Positions 28,154 through 37,149 of a stretch of DNA of 64,000 nucleotides are shown here, piece by piece. The notes beneath the pieces were generated by a model. The model ran no database searches. It was not told the DNA's origin and was given only the letters and a program-made list of their open reading frames with translations. Origin of the DNA: Lachnospiraceae bacterium. Lineage in GTDB: Bacteria; Bacillota; Clostridia; Lachnospirales; Lachnospiraceae. Positions within the stretch are counted from its first letter, which is position 1, and each line of letters starts with the position of its first letter. Position numbers and translations under genes: made by a program. The stretch is from the NCBI GenBank assembly GCA_017544285.1, contig JAFYEL010000075.1, positions 2,616 to 66,615 on the forward strand. Reading direction: 5' to 3'.

Positions 28154-31072
28154 ATGGCCGACAATTTTAACGACTACGCAAGCATGTCAGAGGAAGACCT
28201 TAACTACCTCGTGGCGGAAAAGCAGGCAGAGCTTTCCCGTGCCATGATCGATCTGAAGCTTGCACGGACGTCACTGGGACAGATGGATTCCCGTGAGAAA
28301 AAGGCAAAGGATTCCGAGAGCGAGTGCCTGATAGCCTACGAGAAGGCTGCATCCAAAGTCGATGAGATCAAGAAAGCCATGGACGCCGAAAAGGCTGAGG
28401 CTATCGTGCTCATGGACACTGTGGAGACCCTCAAGGAAGAGCAGGAAAAGGCCGAGGCCCAGATGAAGGACGCGGCGGGTACACTTGGCATCACTCAGGC
28501 AGAGTTTGACTCACTTGAGTCCGACCTCGACAAGGTCAACGGAGAGAGCGCCCTGGCAGACCAGGAGCTTTCGGACGCAAACAAAGCCCTTGATCAGGCA
28601 AAGAACTCATACGAGGCAAAGCTGGCCGAGGTCAATGACAAGACCCGTAACGACAGGGAAAAGGTTCTCAGGGCAGAGATAATTGAGGCCAGGATCAAAC
28701 AGTCCGATCTCATCGAGACCGATGAAGACCGGCACATATATGAACTGCAGAAGCAGCGCGCAGCCACCGACGATGCAGTTGCCGGCAAGAAGCTTGACAA
28801 CGAGATCGCATCCTGTGTGGCAGCCAAAAAGCTGGGCAGCCGCGTGACTCCCGTTATGGGCGCCGGGCTCAACTGCCTTATGACCGGTGACGGTTCCTTC
28901 TACACCTACGATATGGGTGAGAACGGCATTAAGTACACCCTGCTTGACCGCAGGCCCAAGAAGCGCAAGGCCGACGTCATAAAGGATCCCGATCAGGCCA
29001 CCATCGACAGCAGGACTGCAGGCAAGCGCGAAAACATCGAGTATCAGCTTGAGTCCAGAGAGTCCGTATTCAAGGACGTAACCTACAATGTTGACGCAAA
29101 GAGCGTCGGCACCATGGACGCTCTTGACAGATATGCGGACTGCGAGGGACTTACCTTCAAATACGGCTCCAAGACCCTTGATTCCACCGGCGGAGAGCTG
29201 GGCTTCACCGACAGCCTTGGCAACTTCATCGGAGTCTATGTGGCAGACGGCATCTCCGTACAGGGAAGCGTCACCAGAGAGTCCGTTACCGGCAGCGAGT
29301 ATTCAACCCTTGCATCCGACCCCGGAGTATCAGATCTCAAGGGCCAGGAGGTCAAGAGAGGCGAGCTCACCCTCTATACCGATGTTACCTCACAGACCAT
29401 GAGCGAGGACGACTACCGCGCACAGGTTAAGCTCTTCAGGTCCAAGGGACGTCAGGAGGGTATCGACTATGTTGTAAATTCCGACGGCAGTGGCAACTAC
29501 ACCGTTATCAGCGCCGAGATCGAATATGACTACGTACCCACCGACATCACCTTTGAGGCAGCCGGCGTTATGATGGCCGGTGACACAAAGGCAAAGGTTA
29601 AAGAGCTCATCTCCTTAAACGAAGTCACCATCAAGGCCAGCGAGGCCATGGATGAGGCCAAAAAGCAGATAGAGGTTGCAGAAGAGGACGCTGCCAAAAA
29701 GAAGATGGCAGCCGAATCCCTCTCCTCACTTAAGACAAAGCTCACCGAGCGCAAGAGTGCTCTTGACAAGCTCAACAGCGAGTACGAAGAGGGAAAGAAG
29801 AGCAGACAGCTCCGCCTTACCGCCGCAGAGGACAAGCTCAAAGAGCACGAGTCAGGCATCACCAAGCGCAATGAAGCCATGGAAGAGGCCAAGAAGGCAA
29901 AGCAGGAGGCTGAGGAGGCCCTTTCCGAGGTAAGAGCTACCCTTGACATGTCAAATGCCAAGAAGTCCGAAAAGGAAGAAGAGATCAGAAAGATCAAAGA
30001 GGATACCATTCCCGGCATCGTCAACGATCTCAATGAGATAATAAAGGCATCCGGCAAGAGTGCCGCAGATTTGGGCGTATCCGAGGCAGAGCTTCATCCT
30101 CAGCTTGATGTAAAGGCACCTGCACCCAAGGCAGAGCCCGCTCCCGCACCTAAGGCAGAGGCACCTAAGGCTGAGCCTGCAAAGGCGGCAGAGGCACCCA
30201 AGGCAGAGGCTCCCAAGCCGCCCATGACTCCCGCGGCAGCCCTTGCGGCAGACCAGGCAGCCAGGGCAGCTCAGAAGACAGCCGCTGCAGCTGGCGGAAA
30301 TGCCAAGGCAGCAGAGAGCGCTAAGCCCGCTGAGAATCAGTCTAATGCAGCTACTGTAGGCCAGGCAGCCGAAATGATAAAGGCCAGAAAGAACATGACT
30401 CCCGGCAGCAAGACCGTGCTGAAGCAGGCACCTTCGGATACCACCGGCGTTACCGAGGTATACGGCTCCGACGGCACACCCGAGACCTTTGTGATAGTTC
30501 CCACCGAGGGAGCTGCAGAGGACGTGATCACCGTCAACTCCGGAACCCGCTTCAAGCTCGACTTCGATACTCCCAACATCATCAGCGAGGATGGTGTCGG
30601 AGCCACCTGGAACCGTTCAAAGCACGCAAAGATCGATGCTGCCGGCTATCTGACACTGAAGGCCGACAGGGGATCTTCAAACTACAAGCTCATCATCGAG
30701 GGCAGCAACAAGGGCAAGAACTACAAGCTCACCATGAAGGTCATGAACCTGTGCTTCACCAACACACTTCAGACCATGAAGCTGGATTCCTTCATGTCAT
30801 CCGTAAAGGCATCCCTGCTTGAGGTTATGACCTATGCCATCACCGAGCTTGGTACCGCTATCTGGGCGGTTGACGATGTACAGCTTCTTCCCGGAAACTG
30901 GACGCCCGTCAGCGTAAACGGAAAGATCATCGTTGAGGCCATGCTCCACGCCGACAACAAGACCGTCGAGATCAAGAGGATCGACGGCCCCGGAAACAAG
31001 GGTAAGGTTGCGGTTGCCGCATGGATGAACGGAGCTGAATACAGGACCACCATCACGGTTACCGACAAGTAA
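28154..31072 (+). CDS. Large coiled-coil protein with Ala/Pro/Lys-rich spacer and C-terminal Ig-like (Big_2-like) module; no signal peptide
   Basis: 972 aa from MADNFNDYASM. Two long heptad-rich helical segments flank a ~270-aa beta-rich domain. Then APAPKAEPAPAPKAEAPKAEPAKAAEAPKAEAPKPP, then 'ITVNSGTRFKLD...' Ig-like repeats. There is no N-terminal hydrophobic segment in either candidate start. Confidence 0.7.
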   Translation: MADNFNDYASMSEEDLNYLVAEKQAELSRAMIDLKLARTSLGQMDSREKKAKDSESECLIAYEKAASKVDEIKKAMDAEKAEAIVLMDTVETLKEEQEKAEAQMKDAAGTLGITQAEFDSLESDLDKVNGESALADQELSDANKALDQAKNSYEAKLAEVNDKTRNDREKVLRAEIIEARIKQSDLIETDEDRHIYELQKQRAATDDAVAGKKLDNEIASCVAAKKLGSRVTPVMGAGLNCLMTGDGSFYTYDMGENGIKYTLLDRRPKKRKADVIKDPDQATIDSRTAGKRENIEYQLESRESVFKDVTYNVDAKSVGTMDALDRYADCEGLTFKYGSKTLDSTGGELGFTDSLGNFIGVYVADGISVQGSVTRESVTGSEYSTLASDPGVSDLKGQEVKRGELTLYTDVTSQTMSEDDYRAQVKLFRSKGRQEGIDYVVNSDGSGNYTVISAEIEYDYVPTDITFEAAGVMMAGDTKAKVKELISLNEVTIKASEAMDEAKKQIEVAEEDAAKKKMAAESLSSLKTKLTERKSALDKLNSEYEEGKKSRQLRLTAAEDKLKEHESGITKRNEAMEEAKKAKQEAEEALSEVRATLDMSNAKKSEKEEEIRKIKEDTIPGIVNDLNEIIKASGKSAADLGVSEAELHPQLDVKAPAPKAEPAPAPKAEAPKAEPAKAAEAPKAEAPKPPMTPAAALAADQAARAAQKTAAAAGGNAKAAESAKPAENQSNAATVGQAAEMIKARKNMTPGSKTVLKQAPSDTTGVTEVYGSDGTPETFVIVPTEGAAEDVITVNSGTRFKLDFDTPNIISEDGVGATWNRSKHAKIDAAGYLTLKADRGSSNYKLIIEGSNKGKNYKLTMKVMNLCFTNTLQTMKLDSFMSSVKASLLEVMTYAITELGTAIWAVDDVQLLPGNWTPVSVNGKIIVEAMLHADNKTVEIKRIDGPGNKGKVAVAAWMNGAEYRTTITVTDK

Positions 31073-31090
31073 TTTCAGGACCGAATGAGG

Positions 31091-31118
31091 GCCCGGCCAT
31101 AAGGCCGGGCTCTTTTTT
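31091..31118 (+). terminator. Rho-independent terminator
   Basis: GCCCGGCC (31091..31098), ATAA loop, GGCCGGGC (31103..31110), then TCTTTTTT. Confidence 0.85.
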
Positions 31119-31248
31119 GTAAAAAATTCACAAAATTTTCAAAAAATCTCTTGCAACACAGAATATAGTGGTTCATACTACGTATAGTAATAGTATGATG
31201 TGTATCATATTGTCACTAAAGGCACTATCATATTTCAAGGAGGCAAGT

Positions 31249-34200
31249 ATGAAAAAACGTAGCAGGTTTTTGGCCATTCTGCTCTCAGCAGCCATGGTCA
31301 TGACGAGCTTCTCCGTTCCTGCAGTGGCCGCAGAGCCCACTGAAGAGATCCCGGTAGAGGCCGTCGAGGAAACACCCCTTGAGGAGGATGTCATCGAAGA
31401 ACAGACATCTTCCCTTGAGGAAACAGTTGATGAAACCGTTTCTCCCACTGAGCAGGATGCAAAGCAGGAGAGCACAGATACTCAGGTGGGCGATCCCGCT
31501 GCCGGGGACACATTTATAGTTGTCCGCGATATGGCAGAGCTTGAGGGCGCCCTCGCTGCAGCAAAGAAGGGCGTTCAGACCATGATCTATGCAGACGCCT
31601 TCAATAACCTCGAGAACGACAAGGGATATTTTACCATCTCTGAGAACAGCACTCTCGAGATACCCTCAGGAGCGGATATCGTGCTCAACAGCGAAGACGC
31701 TTTTTGGTTTGACAATGAGGTTACAGATAAGCTCGATACCGATGCCGAAAAGAAGGACAAGTATGACCTCTACCCCCGCGCTACCCTCAAGGTTAATTCG
31801 GGTGCAAAGCTCACCCTGGCCGGCGGCGAATATGGGTATAATATCGTAAACGAGGGTGATCTGACCATGGCAGCAGATGCGGTAGTGACTCCTTACTATG
31901 GCGCAGCCCTTACCAATACCGGCACTGCCAGGATCAGCGATTCGTATTTAGCCTCAGGCTGGAGCGAGTCTGTCATCGTAAACGAGGGCGACCTTGTGAT
32001 CGGAGATAGCAAAGTGGTTGGGAAGTCAGACGCCACAAACAGCAAGGCCGAAAAGACAAAGTGTGCCTACACCATTGACAATAAGAAGAACATGATCGTT
32101 GAAGATATAGCGATCACGACGGCAGGCTTTTCGGATACCGATAAGAAGATCTTCAACTACGATATCTTCAATGAAGCCGGCGCTGATATGCAGATCAGGG
32201 GCGATTCTGACTTAAACACTGTACTCAACAAGGGTACACTTCGCGTGGGCACCGAGAATGATCCCGACGAGACCACAAACGTAGGTGCAGTCTTCACCGT
32301 TGAAGAGGGCGCACTTATCCAGCATGCCAGCTATATAAATGCTGTGTATACCGCACACGATCAGGATTTTACGGCCTTTGCCGCAAAAACCGGTTCCTTT
32401 ACACAGGTTGGTGGAACAGCTTACCATGTATACTACACAAAGGATAAGCTCCCCGTCCTTGAAAAAGGTTATGTCTATGGCCTCGTGGTTGAAGTCCTCG
32501 CTGACGGCACCATTAAGGCCGACGAGGATGTTACCACCTTAAAGTACATGGGCTGCAAGGCAGATTCCAAGGAGCTTGTCGAGAGGGAAGCCTTCCGCGA
32601 GTTTGACGCCGAGAATGATCCCGCAGCCGGAAAGAAGACCTCAAACGGCAAGGATTATCTTGTTGCAAACAAAATCATCAATGGTATTCCCTACTATGAT
32701 GATGAGAATCTTTTTGAGTACGACCAGCTTCCCGCATTTGAGGAGAACGTCACTCTCGAAAGGGCTAAGCCCATTGCCAGCCTTGCTGATTTCAAGGCAG
32801 CGGCAGCTTCCGAGACCGAGGGCTACTGGTTTATCACCGCTGATGCGGACTTTACTATCGAAGAGGTGATCTCCGTAAAAAACCCCGGCTTCAACCTTGT
32901 GGCCAATTATAAGTACAAGGATGGCGAGACCGTAAAGACCAGCAAGAGCGCGCTTGCATTTAAGGGGGCAGGCTCCCTTAACGTGGAAGAGGGTGCTGTG
33001 ATCAACTTTACCAGATACAATGGAATTGCCATCTCCGCTACAGAGCTTACCGGAAGTCTTATCACCAATGCCGGAACTGTATACACCCCCGGCATCACCG
33101 TTGACAAGGTATCCAAGGTTCTTATAGAGAACTCCGGCTCCTTTAATGCATGGTCCATCACTGTAACGGATGAGACCGCTGATACCGTCATTCACAATGC
33201 CGAGAAAGGCGACGCGCATGTGAACACCGTTACAGCACCTAAGGCTGCAAAGGCCGTTATAGTAAACGATAAGGGTGCTACTGCAAATGTTAGTTACAAA
33301 CTCGACGCAAGTTATTCAAAGGCGGAGGCTGTTACCAATGCCGGCGATATGACCATTAATGGGGTTATTCACACGCCCTTCGAGGAGAGCGGTAATGCCG
33401 CAAAGAACCTTGTGGCAGTAAACAACAGCGGAAACCTTACGGTTGATGGCGTTATAAATGAGTATTCCGAGGCCGGAACCGGTATCGCAAATTCCGAGGA
33501 GGGATATGTAGTAATAACCGGAACACACGGAGGAGTTTATGCACAAGGTGCCTCCGGCATAGCTGTTGACAACAAGGGCAAGACCGAGCTTAAGGAGGGG
33601 GGCAGCCTTCGCGGACTGGAAAAGAATACCACCTGCCTTCTTAATAACGGATCTTCCGCTTCCTTCGTAATGTCAAACGGTGAGATCCTGGCATATAATT
33701 ATGATTCAGACAGCAAGGCATTTAAGAAGGAATCCTACGCCATTGTCTACACGGACAACGAGCCCGTTCTCAGAGAGGGCGTTGTGTACGGTTCCAGAGG
33801 TACCAAAAACGATTACCTGATCGAGTATAAGGAAGACGGCACCATCGATACGGATGATAAGGGCGAGGAAAAGGTTGTCGCAAGATACTACGGAGCAGCC
33901 GTTGTAAAGAAGTCGGATAAACCCGCAGAGGCTGAGTCCGGAAAATTCGTAAACGGCACAGGCAAGTGCATGCTCAGCATTGATTCCATGTTCGCAGGCT
34001 ACATCGTAAACGGACAGGTTCCCTATAGGACCACCATTGATGTGGATGAGGCATATTACGATGGCGATCTTATGACTGTACGTCAGGACTATCTCCTTAT
34101 GGAGGTTGGCGAGTCCGTTGCCGCATATCAGGACAACGTTCTTTCCGGCGATGGCGAGCAGGGTATTTTTGCAGTTCGCGTTACCGGCAACACCTTTGGT

Positions 34201-36816
34201 GTTAAGGATGTCAAGGATCTCTTTGAGGTTGTATCCACAAATCCCGAGAGCGTAGCTTTTGAGAAAGATGTTGCTGCTGCGACCTTTGACAGTGAGAAGT
34301 ATTCGGGCGATGGTTATAAGGAGGCTAAGCTTGATGTCATAGCCGCAAAGAAGGCCGGCAAGGCTACGGTAAAGGTTGTGAGCAAGCTTGCAGAGACCGA
34401 GGATTATTCAAAGTCCGAGGAGTATATCGTTATCGAGGTTGTTCCCGCGGGCGGCAGAGAGAAGATCGTTGCCGACAGCTACGAGGCTACCCTTGTAAAT
34501 CCTTCTCTTGTGGTAAACGCATATCAGAAAGATTCTGTAAATCTGGGTATCGACTGGCATCTTAAGGATGATGTGACCGGAGCCTATGATTACTCAAAGA
34601 ACTTCTATCCTACCGAGCTTAAGATTTGGGGAAGCACTATTCAGGGCCAGATAGATCTGGAAGAATACTTTACTATTGCGGATAATGCGTTCACACGTAA
34701 TCCTTACACAAAGACCTACTTTGCTCCGCTTGAGGTAAAAACTGAAGGAAACAGCACGGCCCTTGCCATCGACCAGGTTACCTCACTTAAGGACCTTAAT
34801 GTAGTCCTGATAGTAAAGAACGTGGTATCCAAGAAGACTCTTGAGATTCCCGTAAAGAACAAGCTTAACATAGCGGTTAAGCAGGTAAGACCCAGCGTTA
34901 AGCTCGCACCCGGTACCGTAAACAGTGCCTATTACGATGATTTCGTGAAGGTTGATCCTTCTAAGCACAGGACATCATTCGGACCTTTCACTTATTATTA
35001 CTCTGATAATCAGACCGTAGATTTTGTGAATGAGGGCCCTGCTACAAGCTTTGATTCGGCAACAGAGATCAGATATGACGGAACTTCAAAGGGAGGAAAG
35101 TACAGGCTTCCCATCAAGGTTACATTTGACGGCTATTGGGGAGAATGGGATGCTGTAATGCCCGTAACCGCCAAGCCCGTATGGCCCAGCCTCAAGGCAG
35201 CAAAGAAGACCTATATCGTAGCCGAAAAGGCAGGGGATTATCAGAACTTTGGCGTGGGAGTTACTTCGACCAATGAATACCTCTTTGGCAAAATCAGATA
35301 TGTTGAAGTTCTGGGAAGCACAAAGTTCGAGTACGCAGGTAAGACAGGGGTTACGGTCATTAAGAATGGCAAAAAGCCGGTATACGGCTGTAACTTCATT
35401 CTCAGGCCCAAGGCAGATATCAAGGGCAGTGAAAAGGTAACCCTCAGGGTTCATTATGCCGACCTTAAGAGAAAGAAGGGCAAGGAATACACCAGCGACG
35501 TCAAGATCAAGGTTAAGTCTCTGGCTAACGGCAAGTTCAAACTTGCCGGTTCAGGCAAACCCGATCCGGTTTATGCACAGATGGTCGAAAAGAACATGAC
35601 CGACCTTGATACCAGCGATCCCTCTGCAAAGAAGGACGAGGCTCCCGCAGGTGAGGTTATGCCCAGGACAGCAAAGGGCAGCTGGGTTTACTGGTCAGTA
35701 AATCCCAGTGATGCGATCCTTACCGACACCTACTTTGTGGTTACTTCACTGGACGGTAAGCTCCTGGTGGCAAATAATTGGCACGATGATGATGATAACC
35801 CGGATACGAAGTACAACGGAGTTGTTGTTCCCGGAAATACCGATGCTCCCAGAGTGTATGTAACGGTAGGTGACAAGCTCACCGCAAAGGATAAGAAGGC
35901 TAATATCCAGGTTAGCTGGTATTCATCCGACGGAAAGCCTATGTGCAAGAAGCCTCTGACCATCAGCGTACCCATCACCTTCCAGGGCGGCTCGGTGATC
36001 GCAAAACGCAAGGAGATGACCATAGCCATCGACAAGCAGAAATATGTTGACGACTTAGGCCAGCTCATAGTAGGCGGAGTGGATGTATACGAGTACTTCG
36101 GAAAAAATGCCGGCTACTACGCATACGGCTCCATCCCCTGCAAGATCAAGGGAGCTATGGAACTGCATGGCATAAATTACAACGGATACGAAAACTTCTT
36201 TAAGGAGAAAGCCATAGCTGACGGAAAGAACCTCTACGTATTTGTTGATCCCGAGGCTCTTGAGAAGGCACTTGTTTCACCCGGAAGCTTCTATGACGGA
36301 ATATCCGCTTACTTCTCGGATCCTCTGAATGGTGCCACCATTAACTTCTCCATCAGGATCAAGGATGTGAAGAAGGTTAAGGCAACAGGAGCAGTGGTTG
36401 ATGACGGTATTGACGGACTTGAGGGCATGTCATCCCTTACCTCTTATGCAAGGACAAATATCAGGGTTGAGACTGCATCTCCCGAGGTGGGCCTCAGAGT
36501 AAAGAGCGCCAAGCTTACCGGCAAGGCAGCAGGCATGTTCGAGCTTACGCACTGCACCGCAATTGATCACGAATACGACAAAACCGAAAACGATGACTAT
36601 GTCATCCTTGACGGAAGCAAGCTGAGTGATACACGTAACGAGAATCATGATGCATATGCTGAGTATTACTCACTTACCTGGAAGGACAAGAAGCTTCCCG
36701 CAAAGGTTAAGAAGGGCAACATGAAGGTTACCATGGAGATCACCTACACCTGCGGCGCAAAGGCAAAGGTTAATGTTACCGTTCCTGTTTACGGCGCAGC
36801 AAAGAAGGGTAAGTAA
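31249..36816 (+). CDS. Giant secreted protein with two solenoid-like modules and multiple Ig-like domains
   Basis: 1855 aa from MKKRSRFLAILLSAAMVMTSFSVPAVAAEP (Sec signal) behind AAGGAGG. An acidic linker, then two ~350-400-aa blocks with recurring hydrophobic-x-N-x-G-x-hydrophobic rungs (IVNEGDLTM, VTNAGDMTI, VNNSGNLTV...). The rest is beta-rich/Ig-like. No LPXTG, SLH or dockerin motif was seen. Confidence 0.75.
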   Translation: MKKRSRFLAILLSAAMVMTSFSVPAVAAEPTEEIPVEAVEETPLEEDVIEEQTSSLEETVDETVSPTEQDAKQESTDTQVGDPAAGDTFIVVRDMAELEGALAAAKKGVQTMIYADAFNNLENDKGYFTISENSTLEIPSGADIVLNSEDAFWFDNEVTDKLDTDAEKKDKYDLYPRATLKVNSGAKLTLAGGEYGYNIVNEGDLTMAADAVVTPYYGAALTNTGTARISDSYLASGWSESVIVNEGDLVIGDSKVVGKSDATNSKAEKTKCAYTIDNKKNMIVEDIAITTAGFSDTDKKIFNYDIFNEAGADMQIRGDSDLNTVLNKGTLRVGTENDPDETTNVGAVFTVEEGALIQHASYINAVYTAHDQDFTAFAAKTGSFTQVGGTAYHVYYTKDKLPVLEKGYVYGLVVEVLADGTIKADEDVTTLKYMGCKADSKELVEREAFREFDAENDPAAGKKTSNGKDYLVANKIINGIPYYDDENLFEYDQLPAFEENVTLERAKPIASLADFKAAAASETEGYWFITADADFTIEEVISVKNPGFNLVANYKYKDGETVKTSKSALAFKGAGSLNVEEGAVINFTRYNGIAISATELTGSLITNAGTVYTPGITVDKVSKVLIENSGSFNAWSITVTDETADTVIHNAEKGDAHVNTVTAPKAAKAVIVNDKGATANVSYKLDASYSKAEAVTNAGDMTINGVIHTPFEESGNAAKNLVAVNNSGNLTVDGVINEYSEAGTGIANSEEGYVVITGTHGGVYAQGASGIAVDNKGKTELKEGGSLRGLEKNTTCLLNNGSSASFVMSNGEILAYNYDSDSKAFKKESYAIVYTDNEPVLREGVVYGSRGTKNDYLIEYKEDGTIDTDDKGEEKVVARYYGAAVVKKSDKPAEAESGKFVNGTGKCMLSIDSMFAGYIVNGQVPYRTTIDVDEAYYDGDLMTVRQDYLLMEVGESVAAYQDNVLSGDGEQGIFAVRVTGNTFGVKDVKDLFEVVSTNPESVAFEKDVAAATFDSEKYSGDGYKEAKLDVIAAKKAGKATVKVVSKLAETEDYSKSEEYIVIEVVPAGGREKIVADSYEATLVNPSLVVNAYQKDSVNLGIDWHLKDDVTGAYDYSKNFYPTELKIWGSTIQGQIDLEEYFTIADNAFTRNPYTKTYFAPLEVKTEGNSTALAIDQVTSLKDLNVVLIVKNVVSKKTLEIPVKNKLNIAVKQVRPSVKLAPGTVNSAYYDDFVKVDPSKHRTSFGPFTYYYSDNQTVDFVNEGPATSFDSATEIRYDGTSKGGKYRLPIKVTFDGYWGEWDAVMPVTAKPVWPSLKAAKKTYIVAEKAGDYQNFGVGVTSTNEYLFGKIRYVEVLGSTKFEYAGKTGVTVIKNGKKPVYGCNFILRPKADIKGSEKVTLRVHYADLKRKKGKEYTSDVKIKVKSLANGKFKLAGSGKPDPVYAQMVEKNMTDLDTSDPSAKKDEAPAGEVMPRTAKGSWVYWSVNPSDAILTDTYFVVTSLDGKLLVANNWHDDDDNPDTKYNGVVVPGNTDAPRVYVTVGDKLTAKDKKANIQVSWYSSDGKPMCKKPLTISVPITFQGGSVIAKRKEMTIAIDKQKYVDDLGQLIVGGVDVYEYFGKNAGYYAYGSIPCKIKGAMELHGINYNGYENFFKEKAIADGKNLYVFVDPEALEKALVSPGSFYDGISAYFSDPLNGATINFSIRIKDVKKVKATGAVVDDGIDGLEGMSSLTSYARTNIRVETASPEVGLRVKSAKLTGKAAGMFELTHCTAIDHEYDKTENDDYVILDGSKLSDTRNENHDAYAEYYSLTWKDKKLPAKVKKGNMKVTMEITYTCGAKAKVNVTVPVYGAAKKGK

Positions 36817-36864
36817 TAAGAAAAGCCTGAAAAGGTTTGAATATCGCATGAATTAACCCGAAAG

Positions 36865-36893
36865 GGGGGACGGCTTGGCCGTCCCCCTTTTTT
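36865..36893 (+). terminator. Rho-independent terminator
   Basis: GGGGGACGGC (36865..36874), TTG loop, GCCGTCCCCC (36878..36887), then six T. Confidence 0.9.
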
Positions 36894-36919
36894 GGCACGA
36901 TTTGGTACACTTTTTTCCG

Positions 36920-36949
36920 TTGACCTTAAGCTCCCTCACATTTTATAAT
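36920..36949 (+). promoter_or_regulatory. Promoter candidate for the GH43/LamG gene pair
   Basis: TTGACC (36920..36925), 18-nt spacer, TATAAT (36944..36949). This implies a ~195-nt leader before the ATG at 37150. Confidence 0.5.
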
Positions 36950-36961
36950 TATATTGTTTTT

Positions 36962-36989
36962 CGGATACGGCAGCCGGATACGGCAGCCG
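36962..36989 (+). repeat. Tandem 13-nt direct repeat in the 5' leader
   Basis: CGGATACGGCAGC occurs twice back to back (36962..36974, 36975..36987), followed by CG. Confidence 0.8.
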
Positions 36990-37149
36990 TAATGTGTTGG
37001 GGGGCCGGCACTGCTTTGTTATACCAGCTACGTACGCTTTAATGTCTTGGGCGTACTCTGTTTTCGGATCCCTTCTGTCTTCAGAATGAACAAAGTCAGG
37101 AAGGTTTTTCCAGCCCCAATCAGAATAATTACAAAAGAAGGAGAAGAAC

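Noticed and set aside
28154-28820. Coiled-coil protein N-terminus as an LXG/T7SS-type secretion domain
   Set aside because: There is a helical N-terminus without a signal peptide. However, I found no clear LxG motif context, and no WXG100, EssC or other T7SS genes anywhere in the window. This remains only a test suggestion.
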